Below are positions 34,801 to 43,857 of a stretch of DNA of 64,000 nucleotides, one piece after another. Numbering within the stretch: position 1 is the first letter of the stretch; each line of letters opens with the position of its first letter. The stretch comes from Andalucia godoyi And28 (lineage: Eukaryota > Protista > Jakobida), in NCBI GenBank assembly GCA_009859145.1, contig VRVR01000027.1:131409-195408 (forward strand), read 5' to 3'. The position numbers were made by a program, and so were the translations under genes. The notes beneath the pieces were generated by a model. That model did not search any database. It was not told the origin of the DNA and was given only the letters and a program-made list of their open reading frames with translations.

Positions 34801-35606
34801 AATGCGATTTGTTGAAGTTGCCGCCTCGTGTGTCTGTCCTCCCTTGCGGATCCTCGTCCGGGGCTTGGAAGGGCCCGTCATCACCGGGAGATGGAAAGTT
34901 TTCTCACGCAGCGGCTCCAGTGGAGCACCGAACTACGACATCAAGGATCCCTTCCGTTGACATGGAGTCGCTTGTTCGTAGGGACGCACGGCTCCCCGCT
35001 GGAGATGTTGTGGCAGCCAAGCCCGTAACCGTTGCACAAGTGCGAAACGAACACGCAATCCGAGAGCGACTGATCGATTGGAAGCTTATCGTCTATGCAT
35101 ACATGTACATGGGTATTTTGGAGACATGTGGCGCGACTCTTGCGTACTTCCTCATCTTTTACGTGGATGCCGGTCTCACTCCTTCCGATTTGTACCAAAG
35201 CGGCGGGACCTACTTTTTGTCCACGACAACCGATGACTTTGTGACAGCGCACAAACGCCTTTCTCCCTCCGAGCAAATGCAGGTGCTGGGCAAGGCTCAG
35301 TCTGCGTACTTCATTGGACTGGTGCTGCTGCAGATCATTCATTTGTTCTTGTCGAAAACACGACGGACTCTCACCAGCCTCCCGATGATCTTCCAACGGC
35401 GGAATGCTTACTCGATTTTGTACAGTCTGTCCATCTGTATTATCATTGTTTACGTTCCCGGTTTCGATTTTATTATTGGCACCGGGCCCGCGAACGGCCT
35501 CTCGTGGCTGTATGCCCTTCCTTTCGGCTTGTTAATGGTTCTCCTTGACTCTGCCCGCAAGGTGTGCATGAAGAAGGGGTGGTTGTTGCGCTGGCTCTTT
35601 TACTGA
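31887..35606 (+). CDS. P-type ATPase, P2C (Na+/K+- or H+/K+-ATPase-like) alpha subunit
   Basis: DNASLTGE, DKTGTLT phosphorylation site, KGAPE, MVTGDH, GDGVNDSPALK, AYTLT, DLGTE; TM4 reads VPQGL. Start codon uncertain (31887 or 32046). Confidence 0.9.
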   Translation: MSALEAAESQQSLVGGRRVVELSLFLNCSSHSFLFPSDVRPSSPPKVTAKSSAMASASASARVPVAFEEMRQSLDLEGRSVLLSRMQWKFDTCSECSPAGPDSVVTQSSAESDSVSTAASSRKIEKLLRAPQPKDILEHKLSNAELGRIFQSNLSSSNGAKSGGLSDHAVQHRAAQFGPNALTPPKRPPLLLQYLRHCTDLFSVMLLSAGVLSFVLLALDPTAPINVWLGLVLIVVVVINAFISFAQERKSSRIMEQFQNMLPQACSGLRTPKGEHRVSAVELVPGDVVHLKEGERVPADIRILEKMLAFRVDNASLTGEAEPQERNAASAQSENPLEASNLVFYGTFVASGEAYGIVIRTGDATVIGQLATITSQEAKQASTLSVEIGRFVKRMGVVATCSAVGVFVYAVAYGFPILMSFIIAIGMVVAWVPQGLPATVTMLLAIAAKKMAEKKVLVKDLQAVETLGSITCLASDKTGTLTQNKMTVTNLWLNKKHYFVSSAIAGPMKSALFDEVEPAMVHLDEEGHGEACEPSRIRRFPGMDSVENADLLLRSCLICCRAHFDPVASELERSTPLQQRKILGDATETGLFRFAVEFHGIYTGPLRKIFEIPFHSDRKWNLGIYRSVVQESSAIKSAENPAADDVANDPPVLLIKGAPERIWEMCSHYVVGSDRVPIGKECEQMFMNAYEQIAARGLRVLGFAMRVLDDSEDFRHPDFAFRAEPPNFPLTGMTFVGLVGLMDPPKPGVRKAIAEATGAGVKVMMVTGDHPITAQAIADDVGILRHPVVALPDLRQLPLSEGLYDRGIVLHGSVLPQLSDRDWFQVLQCRDVVFARTSPKQKLEIVLRCQLHGHVVGVTGDGVNDSPALKRADLGISMGISGSDVSKEAAAMVLMDDEFSSVLVGIRAGRLIFENLKKSIAYTLTHIIVEVIPIFLNLFLGFPIPMLPLCILLVDLGTELFPAATFAYLDEECDLLKLPPRVSVLPCGSSSGAWKGPSSPGDGKFSHAAAPVEHRTTTSRIPSVDMESLVRRDARLPAGDVVAAKPVTVAQVRNEHAIRERLIDWKLIVYAYMYMGILETCGATLAYFLIFYVDAGLTPSDLYQSGGTYFLSTTTDDFVTAHKRLSPSEQMQVLGKAQSAYFIGLVLLQIIHLFLSKTRRTLTSLPMIFQRRNAYSILYSLSICIIIVYVPGFDFIIGTGPANGLSWLYALPFGLLMVLLDSARKVCMKKGWLLRWLFY

Positions 35607-35777
35607 ACGTTCTGAACGTTGCAAGGCTGCCTCCCTGAACTCTCTCGTGGACTGATAAAGATCCTGTTTTTCGAGTTCGCTCCTGTGAATATTTCAGAAA
35701 TGCACACAGGACACATGCTCCTTCGAGGCCATCAGAATAGTCATGTCTCTGCAATCGTGTGCCTGTTGAACGTCGCA

Positions 35778-37271
35778 TCACACCGGTGGAAGCAGTGCGT
35801 GGGCTCCACCAGGACGATCTTGAAGATACGTGCGATACACATACACACCAGTGAGCGTAAAGGCAACGGCACAGGTCACAGCAAGGATACCAAAAAACGG
35901 ATCCAAGGAATCGACATCCCGCCACGGAACTTGGACGTTCATACCGAACGCCGAGGTCACGATGGTGAGTGGTAACATTCCTGTTGCGACAATTCCCAGC
36001 TTTTTCATCCAGTTATTCGTCACCTGCGAAGTTCGGGCAACTGCGATCGACATTCGGGAAAGGTAGTTCGAATGGGCTTGGGTGAGCATTTCTCGCGATC
36101 GCTCCATCTTGTGCAGGCAAGAGCCAATGTGATCCTGCAAGTCCCGAAGATATAATCTACCATTGTCCGACGATTCTTGGCCATACACTGGATACTCATG
36201 CTCGGAAGTTTCGACAGAGCCGAAGTTGTTTGCAGCGAAAAGATTTGCATGAGACCTTGAAGACATCAAGTCGCCATCCTGTTGTATATATCCAGAGGCC
36301 TTCCACTTCGCACTGGACAGCTGAGAAACGATCTTTTGTTTTCCGGTCAACAGACGCCGCAACATCACCAACTGTTTCCGTGAATTGCTGATTCGCAGAA
36401 GCAGATCAGAATGCTCCGATTCTGAAAGTGAAAACACGAGTTCTTCGATGCACTCGCATTCACTCAATATTTGGTCCGTCAGTGGAATCGCCTCATCAAC
36501 AAAAACATCCAGGACGGAGTACAAGATATCAAAAGGCTGATCAAACCTCTTGAACCGCAGTCGCGCCAGCACTGTGCAAAAACAAGATATCGGTTCCGCA
36601 TGAACTGTGATCACGATATGGTTCTTCAGGATGAAGTGCACGGGAACACAGTGCTCAAAGTCTTCATCCTGCAACCCATGGACAAGAACAGAGGAATGCG
36701 AATAGTTTTGGATTGGAAACGTCTCGAACTTTTCAACTTCGTCAAAGTCCAAGCAGTCTTCCATCGTAAGCTCATGCAGTGACAACTGGAGACCGAGAAT
36801 TTGGAAATCAGAGCTATCCATCGTTTGTACATCAATCCAGTGACAAACTCTCGATGAATGATCACTTGTACAAGAAATAAGCAACTCGGAGTGAGCCTCC
36901 ATAAAACTTCGGCACGAATCATGGAAAAGAGGTTCTGAAAACGACGAAGAAAGATACATGACGTGCAAACCTTTTGCCAGAAGTGTCGCAAATGTGTCGT
37001 CAAAATCAATTCCGCCGTAGTGCAAAACAGATGCCGAGGACTTGCGGCGGTTCATTTTCGGTGAGTGGCTGGAACACTCGGTCGTGGATGAGCGAAACGA
37101 TGAAAGCGCTGGATTTTCATCATGAATTGCTTCTGTCGCCAGTCCTATGCTCAGAATGTCATCGCCAACGGCACCTTCCACGGAGAGTGTTGCGAATCGC
37201 TGTGAACTGTTTCCAGAGGGCTCCGGAGAATATGCCTCCTCTCTATCGGTACCTGGACAACGGGCAGCCAT
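35778..37271 (-). CDS. corA: CorA/ALR-family Mg2+ transporter (paralog 2)
   Basis: FGMNVQVPW signature; collinear with paralogs 1 and 3. ORF 35778..37289. Confidence 0.9.
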   Translation of the reverse strand: MAARCPGTDREEAYSPEPSGNSSQRFATLSVEGAVGDDILSIGLATEAIHDENPALSSFRSSTTECSSHSPKMNRRKSSASVLHYGGIDFDDTFATLLAKGLHVMYLSSSFSEPLFHDSCRSFMEAHSELLISCTSDHSSRVCHWIDVQTMDSSDFQILGLQLSLHELTMEDCLDFDEVEKFETFPIQNYSHSSVLVHGLQDEDFEHCVPVHFILKNHIVITVHAEPISCFCTVLARLRFKRFDQPFDILYSVLDVFVDEAIPLTDQILSECECIEELVFSLSESEHSDLLLRISNSRKQLVMLRRLLTGKQKIVSQLSSAKWKASGYIQQDGDLMSSRSHANLFAANNFGSVETSEHEYPVYGQESSDNGRLYLRDLQDHIGSCLHKMERSREMLTQAHSNYLSRMSIAVARTSQVTNNWMKKLGIVATGMLPLTIVTSAFGMNVQVPWRDVDSLDPFFGILAVTCAVAFTLTGVYVYRTYLQDRPGGAHALLPPV

Positions 37272-37748
37272 TTCGGACTTGTATAGCATTTTCAGGGGAA
37301 ATCAAAGATGAGAAAACAACAACCGAGCAACCATTCAAAATCGACACGTAAGTTGGAGGAAGCAGTGGCCCCCGCTGCTCAGTCAAACAGCCGGTGACCT
37401 TGCCTGAGCAATCTGAGAAGATGTTCCAAATTTATCCATCCAAATTGGGATGGGGTCGTAGCTGCGTCGGCATTTTCCCGCTGAAGGAAAAGATTTCGAC
37501 CTCGCGCGCTCTTTCCGGCATTTTTTCAAAACTCTTTTGGATGACCTGTCACACCCGTCAAATCTTCACGACACCTCGTGACCACCTTCCATTTTTCTTT
37601 CCTCTTCTTCTTCGGTTGTGCCAGGCGAATTCTTGTTGCTCAAAGAAGTCTATCATATAAACAGAACATTCTGCTATCGCTTTTCTGTTTTTAGACCAAA
37701 AAAACCATAAAGATTCTCGATATCTTTCTTATATTCCGTCAGGTTTGA

Positions 37749-39068
37749 ATGAGTGAGAGCTGTGAAGAGGGTGTTGCGGAACCAGGATCCGGTTCTTTTT
37801 TGGGATTGCTGTTCCTGTGCATGTTCCTCGTTTGCTTTGCTGGGCTGATGTCTGGACTTACGCTGGGCCTATTGTCTCTGGACAAACTGAATCTCAAGCT
37901 GCTTGCTTCCGCAGGAACTGAGAAGGAAAAGTACTATTCTGGCAGAATATTGCCGCTCGTGGAGAAAGAACATTTATTGCTTGTGACGCTGCTGTTGTGG
38001 AATGCGGTGGCAATGGAAGCACTCCCGCTTGCGCTGGATAGGATTGTGCCCTCGTACTTGGCAATCATCATTTCGGTCACTGCCGTTCTTCTCTTTGGCG
38101 AGGTCATTCCGCAGGGCGTTTGCTCCCGATACGGGCTGATCATTGGTGCGTACGCATCGCCGATTGTTCGGTTTCTCATGGCCCTTGCTTTCCCGATTTC
38201 CTGGCCCATTTCGAAGCTGCTCGATATGATTCTTGGAAAATCGCATGCGGGATTCTTCCGCCGCGCCGAATTCAAAGAGCTGGTGCGCTTGCATGGCCAG
38301 GAAAACAAGCTGACGGGCGACGGAGTGTCCATTATCCGCGGGGCACTGGAGCTCCGAGAGAAGACGGCGTCCCAGATCATGACGCCGCTTGATTCAGTGT
38401 TCATGGCGTCTGCGGAGCGGGTGTTCGACAAATCGTTTCTCGACGAGTTGTATGAAAAGGCGCATTCTCGAATTCCAGTGTTTGAAAAAGGGGATCGAAA
38501 AAAGGTCACTGGCCTGCTGATTGTCAAGACGCTCATCAAGTCTGCCGGACTGGCCTTCCCGGAGGATCCTGCGAACCACATCACCGTGGGCCAACTGCCT
38601 CTCCGAGAACCCTTGCAAGTTCCCGCACACATGCCGCTTGACCAGCTGCTGAACAAGTTTCAGCAAGGCCGTTCGCACATGGCACTTGTGTTTCAGTCGT
38701 TCGACTTGATTGGCGTGGTGACTCTTGAAGACGTGCTCGAAGAGCTCATTGCAGAGGAAATCGTCGATGAGACGGACGTCTATGTGGATGTCCACAAGAA
38801 GATTCGCGTCGTCCGCGCCCTCGTGGACATCAAATCCAGTATATCGCCGAATGCAACGACCAACGCACCGAAATCGGGGGGATGGAAGAAGGCCGGGAGT
38901 GCAAATCCAATGCTCCCCATTCGCAGACTCGCTGGCGAAGACGCATCCGACGGCGCCCCGTCGGGATCCAACGAGATGTCTGATGTTCAGCCTTTACCCA
39001 TGCCAACTCCCACGTCTAGCCGAAGTTCCCATTCCCATGTGCGCTTGCTGGACGATCAGGATTTTTAG
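37749..39068 (+). CDS. CNNM: CNNM/CorB-family metal (Mg2+) transporter: DUF21 transmembrane domain + CBS pair
   Basis: AGLMSGLTLGLLSLD, LLVTLLLWN, FGEVIPQ, HSRIPV, GRSHMALV, GVVTLEDVLEELIAEEIVDETD; no C-terminal cyclic-nucleotide-binding-homology domain is evident. Confidence 0.93.
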   Translation: MSESCEEGVAEPGSGSFLGLLFLCMFLVCFAGLMSGLTLGLLSLDKLNLKLLASAGTEKEKYYSGRILPLVEKEHLLLVTLLLWNAVAMEALPLALDRIVPSYLAIIISVTAVLLFGEVIPQGVCSRYGLIIGAYASPIVRFLMALAFPISWPISKLLDMILGKSHAGFFRRAEFKELVRLHGQENKLTGDGVSIIRGALELREKTASQIMTPLDSVFMASAERVFDKSFLDELYEKAHSRIPVFEKGDRKKVTGLLIVKTLIKSAGLAFPEDPANHITVGQLPLREPLQVPAHMPLDQLLNKFQQGRSHMALVFQSFDLIGVVTLEDVLEELIAEEIVDETDVYVDVHKKIRVVRALVDIKSSISPNATTNAPKSGGWKKAGSANPMLPIRRLAGEDASDGAPSGSNEMSDVQPLPMPTPTSSRSSHSHVRLLDDQDF

Positions 39069-39639
39069 AGTTCTGTCCCTGTCTGCAGGATAAATCCTAT
39101 TTATTTGTTTCAATAAACGGAAGAAAATGGAATCATTAATTGTTTTGGTTTGCCAGCGGCAGTCGGTGTTCCCCTTGAAGTCATACTGGTTGAAGGTTGG
39201 CTTCCGTTTTCTTTTCTGTCCAGTGTTAGTGATGACGACTGTCCGATACCTAGGAGTATCGCCGATCCTTCGAACTACATGCAAAGACAATCGGAACAAA
39301 TCGAGAAGTTGAATTGCGACATGGAGCACTCCCACGAGGAGAACGAGGAGGCGCCCCGACAAAAGGATGCAGCGCTTGCTTATCTTGGATGATGATGTCC
39401 GTGACCCAATTTATGCATCCAAGCTTGCGTAGGCCGTTGATCTGGACAAGAAACTTCACGCCGATGGACAATAGACCCCATAATGTATCACGGATTTGTT
39501 CGTTGCTTGCTCTCTTTCGCTGTTCGGCCTGCTTGTGGTTATCCGCTTCACTTAAACTTTCCTCATATAAATGCGGATCTCGCTGAAGAAATGCACAAGT
39601 TGTTGTGGCAGGACAATCGTGTACCGAGCGAACGTCACG

Positions 39640-41133
39640 TCACACCGGAGGAATCACTGCGTGCCCGGCACCAGGGCGATCATGGCCATACGTGCGATAC
39701 GCATACGCGGCAGTGAGCGAAAAAGCAAAAGTGCACGTCGCGGCAAGGATTCCGTAAAACGGATCGGTGGATTCGACATGCTGCCACGGCACCTGTACAT
39801 TCATGCCGAATGCAGAGGTCACAAGCGTCAGCGGTAATACTCCTGTTGCAACAATTCCCAACCTCTTCATCCAATTATTCGTTGTTTGCGAAGTTCGGGC
39901 AACGGAGATCGATACTCGCGAGAGGTAGTTCGAATGAGAATGGGAAAGCATTTCCCGGGATCGCTCGATCTTGTGCAAACAGGAATTGATGTGATTCTGC
40001 AAGTCCCGAAGGTACAACCTTCTGTTATCCGAGGATTGTCTTCCGTGAATTGGATAGTCGTCTTCGGACAGCATTTCAGAGGCAACGACATTGTTGGTCG
40101 AGACAAAATTTGCTTGTGAGTTTGCGGGCGGCCATCCCATATCCTGGTATGCAATTCCAAAGCATTGCCATTTTGAACTGGACAACTGGGAAACGATGTT
40201 TTGTTTTCCTGTCAAATGTTGTCGCAGTGCTACCAACTTTTTCCGAGAATTGCTGATTCGCAGAAGCAGGTCAGAGAGTTGCGATTCTGACAGAGAAAAC
40301 ACTAGGTCCTCGATGCTCTCACAGTCACTCAATACCGCGTCCGTCAGCAGAACTGCTTCATCGACAAAAGCATCGAGAATAGCGTATAAAATGTCAAACG
40401 GCATATCGAATCCTTTGAAACGCAGTCGAGTTAGGACCGGGGCCAGACATGGGATGGGTCCCGAATGAACGGTAATCACTTTGTCGTTGAACAGAATCAC
40501 ATGAATTGGAGCACAATGTTCCAAATCATCATCTTCCCCCTGCTGCACAAGAATCGACAAATATGAATATCGTTGACAAGCGAAGGTCTCGCTTATTTCA
40601 ACCACTCCACCGCTCATGCAATTTTCCATCGTCAGCTCATGCAATGACAGTTGGCTACCAAGAATTAGGAAATCAGACCTATCGGTCGTCTGAACATCAA
40701 TCCAGTGGCACTCTCTCGTCAAACGATCGAACGGACAGGAAGCAAATAACTCGGAGTGGGTTTCCGTAAAATCTCGACATGAATCGTAGAAAGGTGGATC
40801 CACCAAAGACGAGCCAACGTACATGACGCGGGAGCCTTTTGAAAGCAGCGAAGCCGCAATGTCGCCACCATCAATGTCTCTGTTGTTCAGAACAGATGCT
40901 GCCTGGTGATGTTTCAGATTTGAACAGCTATTGGAAGGATCAACAATGGACAAGCAATTCGGTTCGGATGTTGCGTTCTCGCCGTGATAAGTATCGCCAT
41001 CTGCACGCGCTCTCCGCTTGTTCCCTTCGCCAGCACATTCAGCAAAGAGTGTCGCGGAGCCTTGCGAATGGCTTTCCGAGGTATTCAAGGAATTGATCTC
41101 CACTCTATCGGTATCTGGGCGATGGGCAGTCAT
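39640..41133 (-). CDS. corA: CorA/ALR-family Mg2+ transporter (paralog 3)
   Basis: FGMNVQVPW signature and CHWIDVQT; ends HAVIPPV, similar to paralog 2. Confidence 0.9.
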   Translation of the reverse strand: MTAHRPDTDRVEINSLNTSESHSQGSATLFAECAGEGNKRRARADGDTYHGENATSEPNCLSIVDPSNSCSNLKHHQAASVLNNRDIDGGDIAASLLSKGSRVMYVGSSLVDPPFYDSCRDFTETHSELFASCPFDRLTRECHWIDVQTTDRSDFLILGSQLSLHELTMENCMSGGVVEISETFACQRYSYLSILVQQGEDDDLEHCAPIHVILFNDKVITVHSGPIPCLAPVLTRLRFKGFDMPFDILYAILDAFVDEAVLLTDAVLSDCESIEDLVFSLSESQLSDLLLRISNSRKKLVALRQHLTGKQNIVSQLSSSKWQCFGIAYQDMGWPPANSQANFVSTNNVVASEMLSEDDYPIHGRQSSDNRRLYLRDLQNHINSCLHKIERSREMLSHSHSNYLSRVSISVARTSQTTNNWMKRLGIVATGVLPLTLVTSAFGMNVQVPWQHVESTDPFYGILAATCTFAFSLTAAYAYRTYGHDRPGAGHAVIPPV

Positions 41134-41236
41134 CTTCGATCTTCATAATGCTTCACCAATAGCTGAAAAATGGACAACACGCAGAAGGGAAAAACAAAAA
41201 ATAAGTCCACCCAGATCCTTGGACAACAAAATGAGC

Positions 41237-41426
41237 CGACCGAAGTCGATTTTAGGCGAACTCGAGTTCGCCTAAACCCCTCCTATGCCAACACGAGTTC
41301 GCCTGACTTCTCACCCATGCGAACTCAAGTTCGTCTGATCGTTGCCCATGCGAACTCGAGTTCGCATGACCCCCTCGCTGCACCTAGCTATGCGAACTCT
41401 AGTTCGCCTAAAATCGACTTCGATCG
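41237..41426. repeat. 190-bp inverted-repeat-bounded element with five copies of the palindrome GCGAACTCGAGTTCGC (MITE-like or operator array)
   Basis: Copies start at 41256, 41287, 41319, 41350 and 41392. Terminal 35-bp arms (41237-41271 and 41392-41426) are reverse complements with 2 mismatches. Confidence 0.9.
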
Positions 41427-41860
41427 TAACAGAGGAACCAAAATTTCGGAATTTTACGGCAGCCTCAACAGCCACTGCTCTGTTCAACAGGTGTTTAGGC
41501 TTTCGAAGATGGCAACCTCTTCGTCCGACTCTGACGCGGCCTCCACTCTTGGAGAACCCCAGCTTTCGGTGCACATAGGGCCATTAGATGCTTCGGGTAT
41601 TGAACCACATTACGAGAAGCAAATGGACCATCCCCAGTCAAAGACTCCTCCATTAACGATGCGAGAATTTGGTAGTTGACGGATCGTTTTCCTGGAGAAA
41701 GAGGACCTGCCACAACAAGATGGCAACACTGTGAACCTCCCGCTGCATTTCTTCTAAAGTCTACCAGATTGAAGGGTGTTCGTCGTTCTTTTGGAATTCG
41801 CATGGTTTCTCACCATGCAAATTCGTTCTCACCTTCGAGGGTTCGTTCGTTTGTACATCG

Positions 41861-43252
41861 TTACGAATTGATTCTTCCCCCTGTCAATATTAGGGAAGCA
41901 GCCAATCCGTATCCAACAATGAGGAGCGTGACCGAAAAGACATCAAACGTTCGAGTCACTTTGAACTTTTCCTTTCGGTTGTTGCGAATCTTCGAGTATG
42001 TATCGTACGAAGACACAGACTCTTTCCTGGTGTCGTCCGTGTGGTCCACAGGCGGCAATCGCATTTCGGATCCTCTGCTTGGTACCTGTCCCGTTTGAGC
42101 GCCATCTTTCAGCACCGGCAGTTCCCGTGCATCTCTTCTCACCAGATCAACGTTGTTGCCGCGAGGAGTCAACCGAAGCAAAGGATTCTTTTCCATGGAT
42201 GAATGACCCCTCGCCGAATCAGCTCGCCTGGCTTCTGCGTGTTGTGCTTCTGCAATCCGCAGCACCATCCGCGCATCCTCATCCCGCATCTCAAGAATGT
42301 AAAACAAGAGGTAGTTGACTGCGTGAACAGCCATGCACGCAAACACGGTCAGATACGAAAGCTGCATGAACGAGTCAATTCTTGTGCTGTATGCAACTTT
42401 TGGAAGATCCTGAGATGCAATGAACAAGTAGGAAATAATCGCCAAGAACACTGTAATCGAGCCCATCATCCGATCGGCCTCATCGACTTCCAGCGCAAAA
42501 CACAGGAACCCCATCATCACAAGCACCACGACACCAATAACAAACTTGGACAAGTAGTAGCCCGGATCTCTCTTCACGACGATTGCATACCGCAACCGAG
42601 AATACGAAGCCTGAAACAGCGTGTAATAATAATCGAATTCCTCGGCACGGTTGCCTTGAATCGTCCAACTCTGTACTTCAAACCCCGGCGGAAGCACGCC
42701 TGCTGGCGGCAGGTTTGCGGGCAGCACGACGAACTTCATCTGCTCATTTGCCCAAATCGCAGACTCTGCAATGATGAAAATGGTCTGGATGTCGAACGGA
42801 AAGTCACGCAGATTGATGTCGACAAGAAAATCGCCCTTGAACCGGAAATCCGCTTGCACCCAGGGACCAGTCGTGTTCGGGATTTGTAGATCGCCCGCAG
42901 GATACCCAAGAAGAAGAGTGGGCTGCGAAGCATGCACTTGATACGGCGAGCTGATCGTCTGTTCTGGAGTCCCCACAACGTTGATCATTTCGATAAAAGG
43001 ATTGAAATTGGTCGCAGGGTCATACTCCGGTGTCTGGTTATCAATCGTCGGGTTGTTCCAGAATACCTCCAGATAGAAATCCGCATTGAACGTCTGCTCA
43101 ACACCATTAATCTTCTGCAGCATGTTGAAATACACTTTTGTGTACACATTCAGCGGCTCGTAAGGCGGAGCGACCTGCGAAGCAACACGCTGTATCCCCG
43201 AGAATGTCATCAGGCAGACAACTAGAAACCAGAAGGATGTCTTTCCGTGCAT
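41861..43252 (-). CDS. Cys-less pentameric ligand-gated ion channel (Pro-loop receptor, GLIC/ELIC-like)
   Basis: Signal peptide; FNADFYLEVFW; LRDFPFDIQT Pro-loop; VKRDPGYY pre-M1; M2 DRMMGSITVFL with 9' Leu; M2-M3 loop LPKVAYST; four TM helices. Confidence 0.9.
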   Translation of the reverse strand: MHGKTSFWFLVVCLMTFSGIQRVASQVAPPYEPLNVYTKVYFNMLQKINGVEQTFNADFYLEVFWNNPTIDNQTPEYDPATNFNPFIEMINVVGTPEQTISSPYQVHASQPTLLLGYPAGDLQIPNTTGPWVQADFRFKGDFLVDINLRDFPFDIQTIFIIAESAIWANEQMKFVVLPANLPPAGVLPPGFEVQSWTIQGNRAEEFDYYYTLFQASYSRLRYAIVVKRDPGYYLSKFVIGVVVLVMMGFLCFALEVDEADRMMGSITVFLAIISYLFIASQDLPKVAYSTRIDSFMQLSYLTVFACMAVHAVNYLLFYILEMRDEDARMVLRIAEAQHAEARRADSARGHSSMEKNPLLRLTPRGNNVDLVRRDARELPVLKDGAQTGQVPSRGSEMRLPPVDHTDDTRKESVSSYDTYSKIRNNRKEKFKVTRTFDVFSVTLLIVGYGLAASLILTGGRINS

Positions 43253-43857
43253 TGCACAGCAAAGTACGTGAACCAAAATTCCCAAACAAGAAACAGCGTA
43301 AACCAAAAAGGAGAATAAGTATCGAGAGGTTAACAACACAACTACACTGCAGGTTATGAACAAAAGATGTTAAAAGGAGAAGGCCAAAAAGTGTTGGAGA
43401 CAGGGGGGAAAACAGCAAAGGAATCTCCTGTTGTTGACGTTGTTGAGTGCGTTCAGAACCTGTGATCAGTCGTGATCAGCTACGACCAGCGGATGAGGAC
43501 GAGAGGTTCTGATTGCGCAAGATGGACTGGAGTCTGGAGGAAGAAGCAATCAGTTGATTGGTCTGCGTGGAAACTGAAAAGCTGAACTCTTTCAAGTTTG
43601 ACGGTGGTGCTGCTCTGTGAGGACATCGTCAGAAAATTGCATGCCAGCAAGATTGGTTCCCGAAAAGGAAATCCATGTTTCCAAAAGTGGTTCTTTCCGT
43701 GTACAGAAGTGTGTTTGAGCACGTCCCGTCGAAACGGAATCCCAATGCTTTGCTTTGTGCAGGACTCTTCTTCCATGTCTTGCCGATTTCTCCGACTCTT
43801 TTCCGTGGAATCAAGCTACAATTTCTATATCAACAAGTCGCAACTGACCGATCGCTG

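Noticed and set aside
39270-39600. Possible small gene between CNNM and CorA paralog 3
   Set aside because: Only short frames broken by several stops; no recognisable homology.
41237-41426. CRISPR array
   Set aside because: Repeats are only 16 bp, spacers 15-26 bp, the block has inverted ends, the host is eukaryotic, and no cas-like gene is nearby.
41170-41679. ORF with repeated peptides (YANTSS/HANSSS)
   Set aside because: The peptide repeats are a by-product of the palindromic DNA array; no independent coding evidence.
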